Source: Octopus vulgaris (lineage: Eukaryota). Taken from it: a DNA stretch of 64,000 nt. The notes beneath the pieces were generated by a model that was not told where the DNA came from, searched no databases, and was given only the letters and a program-made list of their open reading frames with translations. Where the stretch lies: the NCBI GenBank assembly GCA_951406725.2, contig OX597829.1:58342001-58406000 (forward strand), given 5' to 3'. The position numbers and the translations under genes were made by a program. Positions 52,382 to 64,000 of the stretch are shown here, piece after piece; within the stretch, counting starts at the first letter, position 1; the number at the start of each line of letters is the position of its first letter.

Positions 52382-53360
52382 GAAACAGCAAAAGTGTAAG
52401 AGAGTGCAGGAGAGAGATGGTAAAGTGCCAGGGCATGCTTAGAGATAAAAAGGGTCAGAGCATAGATGTGATGGTAGAGTAAAGTCTTTTCTTTATTATG
52501 AAGGTTGTAATATGCATGGTCAGGTGTTGCCAAGCAGGTGCAAGTAGGGACTGGGGTTTGTAGTGACTGGTAAAAATCTGGGTAGAGTGCAGTGAGGGCA
52601 GGTAACGGGATTGGAAAACAATCATAGTTTATGAGGAGGAAATGTGAGGAAGAAGAAAGATGCTGTTTAGAAGAGGATATGTAATTCAGTTTCTTGGGGG
52701 TCAGGTGTGTGAAAAGTTTGTTGCTACATGTGGGTGGGACACAACATTTCTAGCACTCAGTTTCACTGATGTGGGCAGGTCTTCACTAGAACCACAAATC
52801 ACCAAACGTCATGGTCCATTTCCTCCATGAACACCGACGTCCTAAAATCAGTCCCCTTCACTTCATCCCATGTCTTCCTGGGTCTCCCTCTTCCACAGAT
52901 ACCATCCACTTTCAGTGACAGGCACTTCTATATACAACTGTCTTCACTCATAAGCATCTCATGTTCAAACCAATGCATTCTACTCTCCTGCAGACCCCAT
53001 TTAATCCCTCTTATGCCTAACTTTTCTCTCAACACAGTTGTACTTTGCCAGTCATGCACATCCAGCAGAGCCTGCTTGCTTCATTCCTCTCCAGTCTATG
53101 CATGTCATCTGTAGTCAGAGCCCATGTCTCACCTCCATGTAATATAGCTGTACTCACAAACATCATACAATCTACCTTATACTCTGAGAGAGAGAGAGAG
53201 AGTCCTTTTGTTGCCAACAGAGGTAGTAGTTCTTTGAACTTCCTCCATCCTATTCTTCTTCTAGAAACAATACTTTCAGAGCATCCACCACCTTGGCTAA
53301 TTTGGTCACCCAAATAGCAGAAACTATCTACTACCTCAAGAGAGCCTCTTGGGCACACAG
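51794..53360 (-). mobile_element. RTE LINE 3' part (diverged)
   Basis: EVVDSFCYLGD, GWRKFKELLPLL, LHGGETW, RPRKTWDEV; (cat)n tail at 51794. Confidence 0.8.
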
Positions 53361-53459
53361 AAGATCTTATGTCTGTGTGTGTGTATATATATATACATTG
53401 TGTACACCTTATGTGTGTGTGTGTAGTTGTGTGTGCGTGTGTGTGTGTGTATATATATA

Positions 53460-53625
53460 CAGCTTGGCACCAGTGACATCGCAACCCATTTCTACAGCTG
53501 AGTGACCTGGAGCAATAAAGTGAAATAAAGTGTCTTGCTCAAAAACACAACACAGCCTGGTCCAGGAATTGAACTCACTACCTCATGATTGTGAGCCTGA
53601 TACTCTAACCACCGAGCCATGCATC
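53460..53625 (-). mobile_element. SINE family C, 5' part
   Basis: Minus strand: gcatggctcggtggttagag...gagttcaattcc...gagcaagacacttt. Confidence 0.75.
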
Positions 53626-53637
53626 TGTGTGTGTGTA

Positions 53638-53695
<58 letters not shown>

Positions 53696-53799
53696 CATAC
53701 ATATATATATGTATATGTGTGTATATGTATGTATGTATATATGTATGTATGTATGTATGTATGTACGTATATGTATATATATATATATATATATATAAT

Positions 53800-54125
53800 A
53801 AAATATTAGGGAATAAATCCAAACTTACAGGGAAAAATCAGATTTAGGAATGAATCCAATTTTATAGTAAAATATTATATTATATTAAATTAGAGATAAA
53901 ACCACTATTAGGCAAATCAAACAATAAAAAACATAAGCCAATACATAAGATTATTTAATTTATATTATTTAAATATATAACAAAATTATTAAAAAAATAT
54001 AATTAATATATCACTACGATCGTTTCATGGCTTTTAATAATATAAATTAAATAATCTTATGTATTGGCTTAAGTTTTTCATTGTATGATTTGCCTAATAG
54101 TGGTTTTGTCTCTAATTTAATATAT
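53800..54125. mobile_element. Penelope-type terminal repeat, inverted pair, half hammerhead
   Basis: ~53882-53970 inverted at ~54035-54124; minus strand GAAAC-gatc-GTA at ~54015-54027; same family as 34246-34350 and 35263-35450. Confidence 0.65.
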
Positions 54126-54132
54126 TATATAT

Positions 54133-54662
54133 CATCATCATCATCATCATCATTTAGCGTCCGTTTTCCATGCTAGCATGGGTTGGACGGTTCAACTGGG
54201 GTCTGGGGAGCCCGAAGGCTGCACCAGGCCAGTCAGATCTGGCAGTGTTTCTACAGCTGGATGCCCTTCCTAACGCCAACCACTCCGAGAGTGTAGTGGG
54301 TGATTTTATGTGCCACCGACACAGGTGCCAGACGAGGCTGGCGAACGGCCACGCTCGGATGGTGTTTTTATGTGCCACCGACACAGGTGCCAGACGAGGC
54401 TGGCAGACGGCCACGCTCGGATGGTGTTTTTATGTGCCACCGACACAGGTGCCAGATGAGGCTGGCGGACGGCCACGATCGGATGGTGTTTGTTACGTCC
54501 CCAAAGCACGGAGGCCAGTCTATGCGGTACTGGCTACGGCCACGTTCGGATGATTTTCTTGTGTGCCACCGGCACTGGTACCACAAAGATACAAATTCCA
54601 TTGATGTTCATCTATTTTGATTTGTTTTGATTTGATTTGATTTTCACTTGCCTCAACAGGTC
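54133..54662 (-). mobile_element. RTE LINE 3'UTR with ~62-bp tandem units
   Basis: tgtgccaccgacacaggtgccagacgaggctggc...ggccacg.tcggatgg x3 near-identical plus diverged units; (cat)n tail. Confidence 0.88.
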
Positions 54663-55031
54663 TTCATTCCATCTTATAAGTATATTACCTTCTTATCTGC
54701 ACAATACATACATACATATACATCACTGCTCAAAATTTCATTCACACCCCAAGACCCCTTTGAATGAACAGCACACGAACTCTGCATCTCCACACTTTCC
54801 ATTTGTAAGGACAAAATATGAACTCCTATTGGAATTTGCATACCATTGACAAGAAGCATTTCTACCCATTCTACACAGCACATTCCTTGGACAATGGAAC
54901 TGCAACTATGACATCCTACATATATTTTCACCTTTATCTTTATTCTCTTATTTCCTTTTATACTTCCTATATCCACCCTTTTCCAAAATCACTCCGTATA
55001 TTGAACTCTTCAATTTAACTCTCTAACATCA

Positions 55032-55077
55032 TCTCTGATGAAGCGATATCCCTAATATCCCAGAAACAACTGTAAGA
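55032..55077 (+). ncRNA. type-I hammerhead ribozyme-like motif
   Basis: tct-CTGATGA-agcgatatccctaatatccca-GAAAC-aact-GTA-aga. Confidence 0.6.
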
Positions 55078-55329
55078 CCAACTTTCTCTTTATAATTGTC
55101 CTGAAAATTCCACACACCCTTGGCTTTGTTGTCTCATTTTATTTAACATATACATGCTCACTCAAGACCCACATTAGACTCCCCACTCATATTATTATCA
55201 AACTGAGAGTCTAACTATGGTCGTCCCGTAGCACTTACATAGCCTTACCAGCCATCTTGGGTCTTCTGGATACCAATGCCTCTCATACATATGCTAGGTA
55301 ATTGCTGTTATGGATTACCAATAATACTA

Positions 55330-57313
55330 ATGTATAGACTTGAGGTGTTTGCCTGTTTGCCCTATTTTAAAATGATCAAGGTGTAGGAAGAAGGCTTTGG
55401 GCAATCTGTAATAAATATTAAAAAAAAAAACAACTTCCAAGAACAAAAGTGGTTTATTGAGATGGAAGGTGGCAGATTATTTTTCTTTATTGAAAATCAA
55501 TGAGCAGAAAAAAGTTCTTTTTATATTCCATGGTAGGCGACCAGGGTTGCCGAGTGTGTGAAAAAGAATATAAAAGTTAGGAAAAATACAGGCTAATTAT
55601 GTTTCATAGAGAGTGGAACCTCAGAAGTGGTAAAATCCAAGTGAGGAGTATACTGCTGGTTACTGTTCAGGCCAAGGATATCTTGATTAGATTAAAGATT
55701 ACATTGTCACAATGAGGTACATGTTGATGCAAAGAGGATTCAATCAGAACGTGTGGAGATCACAATATGAGAGGAGTATATAAATGTAAGAAGGAATAAG
55801 TATTAGAAGAAGGGAAGAAAGAAGAGAAAATATAAGAGAGGGAGAAGAAGGAGGAATTGGATGAGGTCAGTTGACTGGTAGTAGATAATTTTGTAGTTTT
55901 GGCTGAATCACAGACTATGGCAGTGGGATTGATACTTGAAGAAAAGATAAATTGGAGGGGAGAGGGTGAGGAAATATTTTTGGTTGTGAGGAAGAAGGAA
56001 AGTGTGTATGGATAAAACGAGGTAGGGTGAGGAATTTAAGTGCAACTAGCTGAATTTTGGTAGTCAAAGGGCTTTTATGGCCAAAAGGCAAAAATTAGCA
56101 GGGAGTGGTAAAAAAAAAGAAGCATATAAAGAGGTGTAGGCGTATGTATTTGGAAGCTTAGAGATGGAGGGGGTAGGAGGGGGAGTTGAAATAAAAGGAA
56201 AGAAAAATACTTTAGATAGTAAGTAAAAATATAGAGAGAATTTTGTAATTGATGATCAAGGAATTAAGAGGGGATAAGAATATTGTTGGTTTAATACAAA
56301 GTGGTAGTGAGAGTGGATGAATGGGGGAAGTGAGATAAGAGCAGGGTGGGGGTTGTAATTATTTGTATTTTGAGAATAGATTTAGAGCCTGATGTTTGCA
56401 GCTGAATATCATAGTGCTGTGCTCAATGCAAAATAGCCATGACCTCTGCTATGTAGATATCACACTTGTTGTTATATCCACATAACTACAACTATAATGC
56501 CAATGGTAACACCTGACCCTTAAATGTACCACAGCACCCAAATATACCTCCTGTTATAATAGAGAACATCCCAGAGGATACCACTGGACACAATAATTAT
56601 CATACCATACAACCCAACAACACCATCCTCAACTCCTTATCAAACGATAGCCTTAGCACCAACTATAATAACAAACTGAACACTGATTCCTCACTAAATA
56701 ACAATCCCCTCACAAGCCCATCCGGAACAACCACTACAAACCTGCGCTGCTGCAGGTGCCCAACCTTCTGTCCTTTAGATAACTGCTGTCTCACTAAAAA
56801 CATAGTTTATAAGTGCACAGTATCAACTAACAACTGCAACTACATTTACATCAGCTCATGTAGCACCACCTCCAAAGCTAGGGTGAGCAATCACCATTCT
56901 AGCTTCAAATCCTATACAAAATCTAACAGTAGATCTTTATCTCAACTTATCAGGAAACTAATGCCTGATTCAATCCCTTACATTCTCAAATGGTCCATAG
57001 TCACCCATACCAAACCTTAGAGCCGATATAACAACAATTGTGATCTCTGCTTAGCCAAGGTCATGGCTATTTTGCATTCCACAGACTGTGTCATTGAGCA
57101 CAGCAGTATGATATTCAGCTGCAAACATCAGGCTCTAAATCTATTCTCAAAATACAAATAATTACAACCCCCACCCTGCTCTTGTCTCCCCTTAAATCTC
57201 ATACATATATCTATTTTTCCCCACTCATCCACTCTCACTACCACTTTGCATTTAACCAACAATATTCTTTTCCCCCACTTAATTCCGTGATTGTCAATTA
57301 CAAAATTCTCTCT
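55330..57313. mobile_element. Penelope-like element: inverted terminal repeat (-) followed by GIY-YIG end (+)
   Basis: ~56235-56446 is the reverse complement of ~57058-57313; plus strand CPL..CLTKNIVYKCTV...YISSC...KARVSNH...KWSI...CDLCL; left boundary uncertain. Confidence 0.8.
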
Positions 57314-57315
57314 GT

Positions 57316-58031
57316 GTTAACCATGGCCTCCAGACAACTTCAGAATCTCCTGCAACTCTTCTGGATGATCTACTTGGTTAGGTTGGTGAATGCTGCCATA
57401 ATCCTTGCCTTCAGTTCATATTTGGTGTTACAAGGTCTCTTGTTCAACTGTGCCCCACACATAATAATTAAGGGAGTTGCAGTCTGGGGAGTTAGGTGCC
57501 CAGATTTTAGGGGTGATGTGGACACAGAAATTGTCTGACAGCCATGACTGGGTTCTCCTGTTTGTGTAGTGTAGTGCAGAGTCCTGTTGTCAGATATAGG
57601 GTCTTCCAGCAGCCACCCTCTTGACCCAAGTCAGCACTACCTCCTCCAGGCACTTGATGTAGGCCTACATGTTGAGTCTGAGGCCGTGTCTGAAGATGAA
57701 TGGAGGCATAAAGTAGCCATCACTAGTGATCACTCCAAACACCATGATCTTGACTGGATGTTTGATCTTCATCACTCTCGGTACATCTCCTCTGATAGAC
57801 ACCCAAACACTCTCAAATGTTCATAATGGAGCTTCTGGTGTGAATGCCAAGCAGTACAGAATGTCATTTCCAAATTTCTGGCAGAGTGAATTGTGTCATG
57901 GTGCTGATTTTCTTACAGATGGTACTCAACTGATTCTTCCTATACTGTGTAGTCAACAAAATCAAAAACAAACAATGTGGCTGCACGAAATAAAAAATAT
58001 AAAATGGCAGCAATTTACCCATCACACCCTG
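57316..58031 (-). mobile_element. maT/DD37D-like Tc1-mariner fragment
   Basis: 5' TIR cagggtgtgatgggtaaattg; minus strand V.VFGVITSDG, QDSA, NSL.Y.VWG motifs resemble element 33029-34211. Confidence 0.7.
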
Positions 58032-58139
58032 TATATATATATATTACTATAATTTTTACAATTATAATTTTTACAACCCATGCTAGCATGGAAGGCAGAC
58101 GTTAAACGATGATGATGATGATGATGATGATGATATATA

Positions 58140-59535
58140 TATTTGATAGAAGATGAACCTAACTCTGTTAATTTCTTAGATGTTACATTAGAGATCAAAA
58201 CAGGAATTTATAAACCTGATTTTCTCCCCTCCATACACACACAAGCATGTATCTGACTCATACATTGTTCGCTTTCCAGACATTTCTACATTACTGCATG
58301 TACTTTATATGCACTTTCTGACAAGTTGTGGGGCACCTGAGCACTGTATACAATAATTTCATTATTATTATTATATATTATTAAAATGCAAAATATACAA
58401 ACACTGGAAGTAATCAGCCCAAATCAGTAAGAAACTCACTAATAATGAACATTTCATCTAGAATAACTAAATTATGAGCCAATGAGAATATTTTCAAACT
58501 AAATGAAGACTACTATAACTTAGCACTTAGGAAAGCGGAATATAAAGATAAAACGAAGTTTAATAAGTTGAATAACGAATCTGATTTAAAAAGCAATTTT
58601 AATAAAGCAAATCTAAATAAATCTACTTATAGGAAAAATAGTGATGGAAATTCAAAATCAAATATAGAAGTTAATGAAATGACAAGAGTTGGTGATTTTA
58701 TTAGAACAAATAATCAAATAAACAATTGTAATTCATACAAAAGGAAAAATTGTAAGACAGTTGATAACCAATTTAAGAGTTTTTATACTGCTAATAGAAA
58801 TGTGGATGCATTATTCTCTAATAAAATCTTAAATTGTTTTAATATAAAAACAACTAAAAGATTTAAAAGATAAAATAATAGCTAACTTTAATATGGATTG
58901 GAATCAGAGAATACTTATTCCTTTGAAAAAAAGTTTAAACATCAAAATTATGATCTTAACTCCAAGAATACTTTATGGTTAATTATTCCATTTGGTAAAC
59001 AAGTAAATTATAATTTTTCCAAATTGTTTAATATAGCAATTGAAAAATATTTTCCAATCAATCATAAATATTATGGAATTTTTTTAACAAGCATACGGCT
59101 TGCATGGCTTATTGTCTTTGCAAAAATATTGCACAAATTATAGCAGAACATAATGTTAAAATAATATCAAAATTTTAAAAAAGCTATTATAATCAAAGTA
59201 GTAGAGTAAATATTAAGTATAATAATGTGAAACAGAATTAAAAAACTCCAATAGAAGGAAACATTAAGAATCGAAAAGTCACAGCCCAAGGGAAACAACC
59301 CAATTTAAGTGAATAACGTCGAATAAAAAAGTTCAGCTGAAAATAAGACAAAGTTGTCAAAAGGGAGAAGAAAGAACTTTGTGGAAATGGATTTGATTCT
59401 ACCACGAATAATCAGATTAAAATCAAATCTGAGGGAAATATAAGAAAATTATCTTAGCAATTGTTCTAAACGGTAATCGTGTTATGTGAAAAACAAGTGT
59501 AGGACTAGAAATATGATATATAGATGATATATAGT
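58140..59535 (+). mobile_element. AT-rich Penelope-like element fragment, interrupted by a LINE tail (~58220-58375)
   Basis: VNFLDVTL..KTGIYKP, YINT.SN.PK, YYNLALRKA.YK, LWLIIPF...HKYYGIF. Confidence 0.65.
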
Positions 59536-60709
59536 TACATCTCTTTTACTCTTTTACTTGTTTCAGTTATTTGACTGCGGCCATTTGGTCCCATTCCATG
59601 AGAGCGTTTTGCTCTCAGCCTATGAATATTTCAGTCGACCCTCATAATAATAAAGATTAATATTGCATCTGCATTTGTTTTAATGTTAAGATTGAAAAAA
59701 AATTCACTTTTTTTGTAAAAAAAATTTGGACTTGGGTTTGCAGCCACAAAGCAAATTTTCTTCCCAGGCCACTGGTTAGATGGCCTTCATTTAAAAGCAG
59801 TTTTGTAGGTTTGATTGCATGGCTGCAGGAGCTGTATCCATTGAGTCTTAATTTTTGTAAAAAGTCAACACCTGATCAAAATTGAAGTATTTTCTGGCTC
59901 TGCAGAAGATGGTTGACTGCTCTGATGGAGTTTTAGTTGCATTATGTGAAGCCACCAGGAAAAATTCTCTATGATTGTAAAGATTAACCTTTGTTGTAAT
60001 TTTGAGGGTTTTACCTGCTGGAGAGAATGATATACAAAATTGTTTTTTGGATATGATCAAGGACTGTGCCTCTGTGTTGATATGACAAAATTGTCATCTC
60101 TCCATTTGAGGCCTCTGCAGTAGTGGCAGTGGTGTTGTTGTTATAAGGAGTACACCAAAGTTGTTGGGGAGTCGGCAAGAAGGGGTCTTGTCCCCTCACT
60201 GCAATGTTGTAATCTAAGAGGAATCTTCTACTTTGAGAGAAGCAAGACTGATTAAGTCTATTGGGATGGGATGTTAGATTCCAGTTTGTGTGTTTATGGA
60301 CAAAAATGACATAAGAATATAAAAATAAGAATGCAAAAATGATATAAGAATGAGCTGACAACCATCTTGCCCCAACCTGTACAAAGACAGATGTTTAAAT
60401 TATTATACAATTAATAACTATTTAATAAAGAAATATTGTCTTTTTTTAAATTTTACTTATTTATTCTTTTGCATTTTATTTCTTTCAGAGAAATTTATCA
60501 TTTGCAATCCTACAAAGGGAAGGAGCTTCAAGGTATTTCAGAATTATTTTATTTCTATTTTTGTTTATTATTTTTTATTTTCTATTTTTGTTCCTTAATC
60601 TTAACACTAATCTGTTTGAGACTGTCTCACTCTTTTTTGTTAAATTACCTTCTGTTTTTATTGTTGTTTTTGTGTAGTATTTCATGTTACTATCATCATA
60701 ATCGTCATT

Positions 60710-60925
60710 AGGGTGGTGAGCTGGCAGAGTCGTTAGCATGCCAGGCAAAATGCTTTGTGGTATTTCGTTTGTCTTCATGTTCTGAGTTCAAATTCTGCCA
60801 AAGTCGACTTTGCCTTTCATCATTTCAGGGTCGATAAATAAGGTACCGGTGAAACACTGGGGTTGATATAATCAACTAGTCCCCCCCCCATGCCAAATCT
60901 GAGGCCTTGTGTCTCCAGGAGAAAG
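60710..60925 (+). mobile_element. SINE family B (tRNA-derived); degenerate copies at ~60965-61350, fragments at ~34497-34557, ~36200-36275, ~43725-43820
   Basis: ggtggtgagctggcagagtcgttagc, gagttcaaattc (B box), gtcgactttgcctttcatc..ggggtcgataaa. Confidence 0.8.
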
Positions 60926-61369
60926 GATCCCCGTCATAATTATCATTGTCATCATCATCATCTTCTAAGATGGTAAACTGGAAGAACCAATAAAGTGTTG
61001 GATCAAATGCCTTCTGCTGGTTTATCTGATACTCATCAGATAAATATGAGTTCAAATCCATACCAAGGCCAATTTTACTTTTCATCCAAGTTCTTTAAAA
61101 TAGAATACCAACCAAGTACTGGTGTTGATTGTATTGACTTATTCCTTCCCCTTAAAACTGTTGACCTTGGGCCTAAATCAGAAACCATTATTCAAAGATG
61201 GTGGAATGGTAGAATCATTAATGTCAGAAAAAATGCCTTTCAATATTTTCATTCTGCCATTTTACATTCTTGAGTTCAAATCCTCCTGAGATCAACTTTA
61301 CCTTTTGTCCCTCCCAGGTTCATAACATGAAGCACCAGTCTAGCACTAGGTTCTCTAATATAAACTAAT

Positions 61370-61510
61370 ATAAACATGTTGACAATGCAAGTTTTAATTC
61401 CAGTGTCTTCCAGTTTTTAGGCAGCCTCTTTGGTGTTGTGCCAAGTGCACCAATTACTATAGGAATAATTGTTGTCCTTGGTCTTCCACACCCTCCTCAG
61501 CTCTCTGGCT
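61370..61510 (-). mobile_element. R4/Dong-like (RLE) non-LTR retrotransposon C-terminal fragment
   Basis: Minus strand TTIIPIVIGALGTTPK. Confidence 0.5.
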
Positions 61511-62125
61511 ATTATCATTATTAAAAGAACTTGGTTAGATTCGAAAATTCATATTTTGAAAAAGATGAGAGGAGTGAAGCAAAGAACCTTCTAATCTCAC
61601 CTTGGATATTTATGTTGGCCACATATAATGAAGAGAGCTGAAGACCTTTTTCTTGTGTTTCTAACAAATGTTTGCCCAATGCATCAATAGAATTATTTTA
61701 ATAAAAATAAAACCATGTTTCTTAGCAAATATGAATAAGAAGAAAACAAAAATAAATTATTACAGAGATGTACTTGCAAACAAGGGACTTGATCTGAGAT
61801 CGTGCGCTGAAACAAAAACAATTGCAGCGTGGAAGAGGTCTGTAAGCCATTTTGTCAGCAAACAGGTCACGTTTCAAAGCGATGAAAATATTTTGACACA
61901 AATTAAATTTAAATGTTGATGTGAAACTAACGGTTTTTGTGTGTTCTTAAATAGTTTACAAACATCTTCCACGTTGCAAAAATAAACAATATAATAATTA
62001 AAATAAGCACATAGATTACACATCAAAGTAAATTTGCTGATTTTGATCTCATGACAAAGTAACCGAGAGCAATTGCCTTTTAATTTGTAGATTACACACT
62101 AAAGTAACACCCCCAAACTATATAG

Positions 62126-64000
62126 CAGTAGTTTTCAACCAGGTTTCCACCAGTACAGTCCAAGGGTTCTGCAGGAAGTTACATAAATGCTAAAATCGAC
62201 AGTAATTTTTAATTCTCCTGTGCAGCTATGTGTGTACATGTTAGGCCTACGTGCACATCTACGAGTTACATGCCAGCTTAGATGATGGTTTAGCTTTCTT
62301 TTGTAAAATACGAGTGACTATATTTGGAAGAAACATTTTAACTGCGTAAGACATTTAGGTGTTGCTGTTAATCCACCTTTTAAAAGATCTTTAGCTTTTT
62401 AAAAGGTGCTTTTGTAAAATCTTTTTCTTGTATGACGTTTATTAATATTTGGTCAAATGATAAGATTAAAAATTTCGAAAGAGGGTTGAATTACTTATGT
62501 AGAAAAAAAAAAAGAAATAAGGAAACTGATACTAAATTATAAGATGTGTAAATATGCATAAATATTAATTCCTTACAAATTTCTAAATTAGAACAATGAA
62601 CAAATAAACGACATTTTAAATTCAAATCCGAAAATCTATTTTAATTATTATATGCATATTGTTTAAGTATAATGAAATACCTATTACTAAAAAAAAACTA
62701 ATAAAAAAGCTAAATTTTACATCATTAAACTCGCTACACTTTAAAGATCATTTTGTCCTGCCACTATTAGGTTTGCTTTTATGTATATACAATTCTGTTT
62801 ACAGCCTTACAAGTATGGATAGATTTCTGAAAAAACGTAAGTTAGATACAGATGAAGAGACGCAGGGTCTGAGACAGTCTGTTGAAGCTGCAGCCACTGC
62901 CAGTGATGCTGCCTCGTCGAAATTACCAAGAAATGATGGAATTAACCTGCAACTAAAAGTTTGTCAATATTGTGAAAACTACATAGCTCTGGGATTTACT
63001 TGGACTGGAAACCCAGACTGCCCTTCACCTTTGTGTACTGTTTCTGGAGAGAAGCTGGCTAATAGTGCTATGGCACCAGCCAAACTGAAATGACACTTAA
63101 CGACTAAACATCCAGAGTTGTCAGGCAAAAAAGAACAATATTTTAAAAGAGAATTGGCATTTAATAAAAGGCAAGTTTCTATGTTTGCCAAAAAGTTCAA
63201 GTTGAGTGACGAAGGACAAGAAGCAAGTTATGCTGTGGCGGAGATAGTTGCAAGAAAAATGAAATCTCATACCACCGCTGAGACTGTAATTTTACCTGCA
63301 TGCCAGGAAATAGTGAGGGTAATGTTTGGAGAGGATGCTGTATCAAATTCCACTTTCTGACAACACAATAAGGAGACGTTGAGTGCAATATTAAGTCAAA
63401 AATACTGAAACATAAGTTGTTTGCACTTCATGTTGATGAGAGTAGAGACATCACTGGTCCTTGTGTTTGTTCTTTTTATTAATGATGAAGCTATTGTAGA
63501 AGACTTCCTGTGTTGCTATTGTAGAAGACTTCCTGTGTTGCAAAGAGTTGCCAGAAACAAAAAAAAGGACAAGATGTATTTGATGTTTTGAATTCATATT
63601 TAGAGTATTGTGGATTGAACTGGTAAAAACTGTGTTGGTATTTGTACAGATGGTGCCCCTGCAATGACAGGATGTCTTAAAGGCTTTGTCCCAATCGCAC
63701 AAAAACAAAATCCAAATATTAACCATACTCATTGTTTCATTCATAGAGAAGCACTAGTTGCTAAAAATCTTGGACCTGAACTAAAATCTGCATTGGATAT
63801 GGTAGTGAAAATACATCAAGTTGAGGCCATTTAAATGCGAAACTTTGTGTGGGTATGGAAGCAGACCATTCCACCTTAATCCAGCACAAAGAAATACGAT
63901 GGTTGTCAAGGTGAAAAATATTGTCTCGTTTTTATGAACTAAGAGAAGAGTTATTGACTTTTTGTTTGCAAGAAAACCTGAAAGACTTTGTAGAATGTTT
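62126..64000 (+). mobile_element. hAT Buster/Charlie-type transposon (ZBED5/8-like transposase), degenerate, runs off the window
   Basis: TIR cagtagttttcaacc after nnnTAnnn site (ctatatag); ATG 62815 MDRFLKKRK, BED finger (LGFT...CTV...LK.HL..KH), FALHVDES, CTDGAPAM, HCFIHREAL, IRWLS. Confidence 0.9.

Noticed and set aside
54300-54580. CRISPR-like repeat array
   Set aside because: The units are whole tandem repeats in an RTE 3'UTR, with no unique spacers, no cas genes and a eukaryotic context
59700-60100. Possible host exon
   Set aside because: Minus strand resembles a decayed LINE RT C-terminus (RARKYF...LTFYK); too degenerate to call
62659-63360. Domesticated ZBED/FAM200-like host gene
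   Set aside because: In-frame stops, deletions, a 25-bp tandem duplication (63490-63539) and a retained TIR indicate a dead transposon

Overview
AT-rich, microsatellite-saturated eukaryotic (animal) DNA. The SINE/LINE repertoire resembles what I recall from Octopus (inference, not checked). I found no convincing host protein-coding gene, rRNA, tRNA gene or CRISPR array. Almost the whole window is a nested graveyard of transposable elements: CR1/L2-group LINEs, two RTE LINE families (one with a PHD-like zinc finger inside the reverse transcriptase), at least four Penelope-like (RT + GIY-YIG) elements, Helitrons, pogo, mariner/maT, MULE and two hAT types, MITEs and three tRNA-derived SINE families. 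The most interesting layer is non-coding. Short Penelope-type terminal-repeat fragments carrying type-I hammerhead ribozyme motifs are scattered through (TA)n tracts, often as inverted pairs, including a near-perfect 467-bp palindrome with one intact-core hammerhead on each strand. Other notable structures are a SINE/LINE shared 3' stem-loop with compensatory changes, a ~75-bp TSD-like repeat around an RTE, hairpin tandem arrays in RTE 3'UTRs, a tandem array split by a mariner and a 6-kb MULE, and a composite inverted duplication. Most ORFs in the supplied track are microsatellite artefacts. Coordinates were read by eye and element boundaries are approximate.
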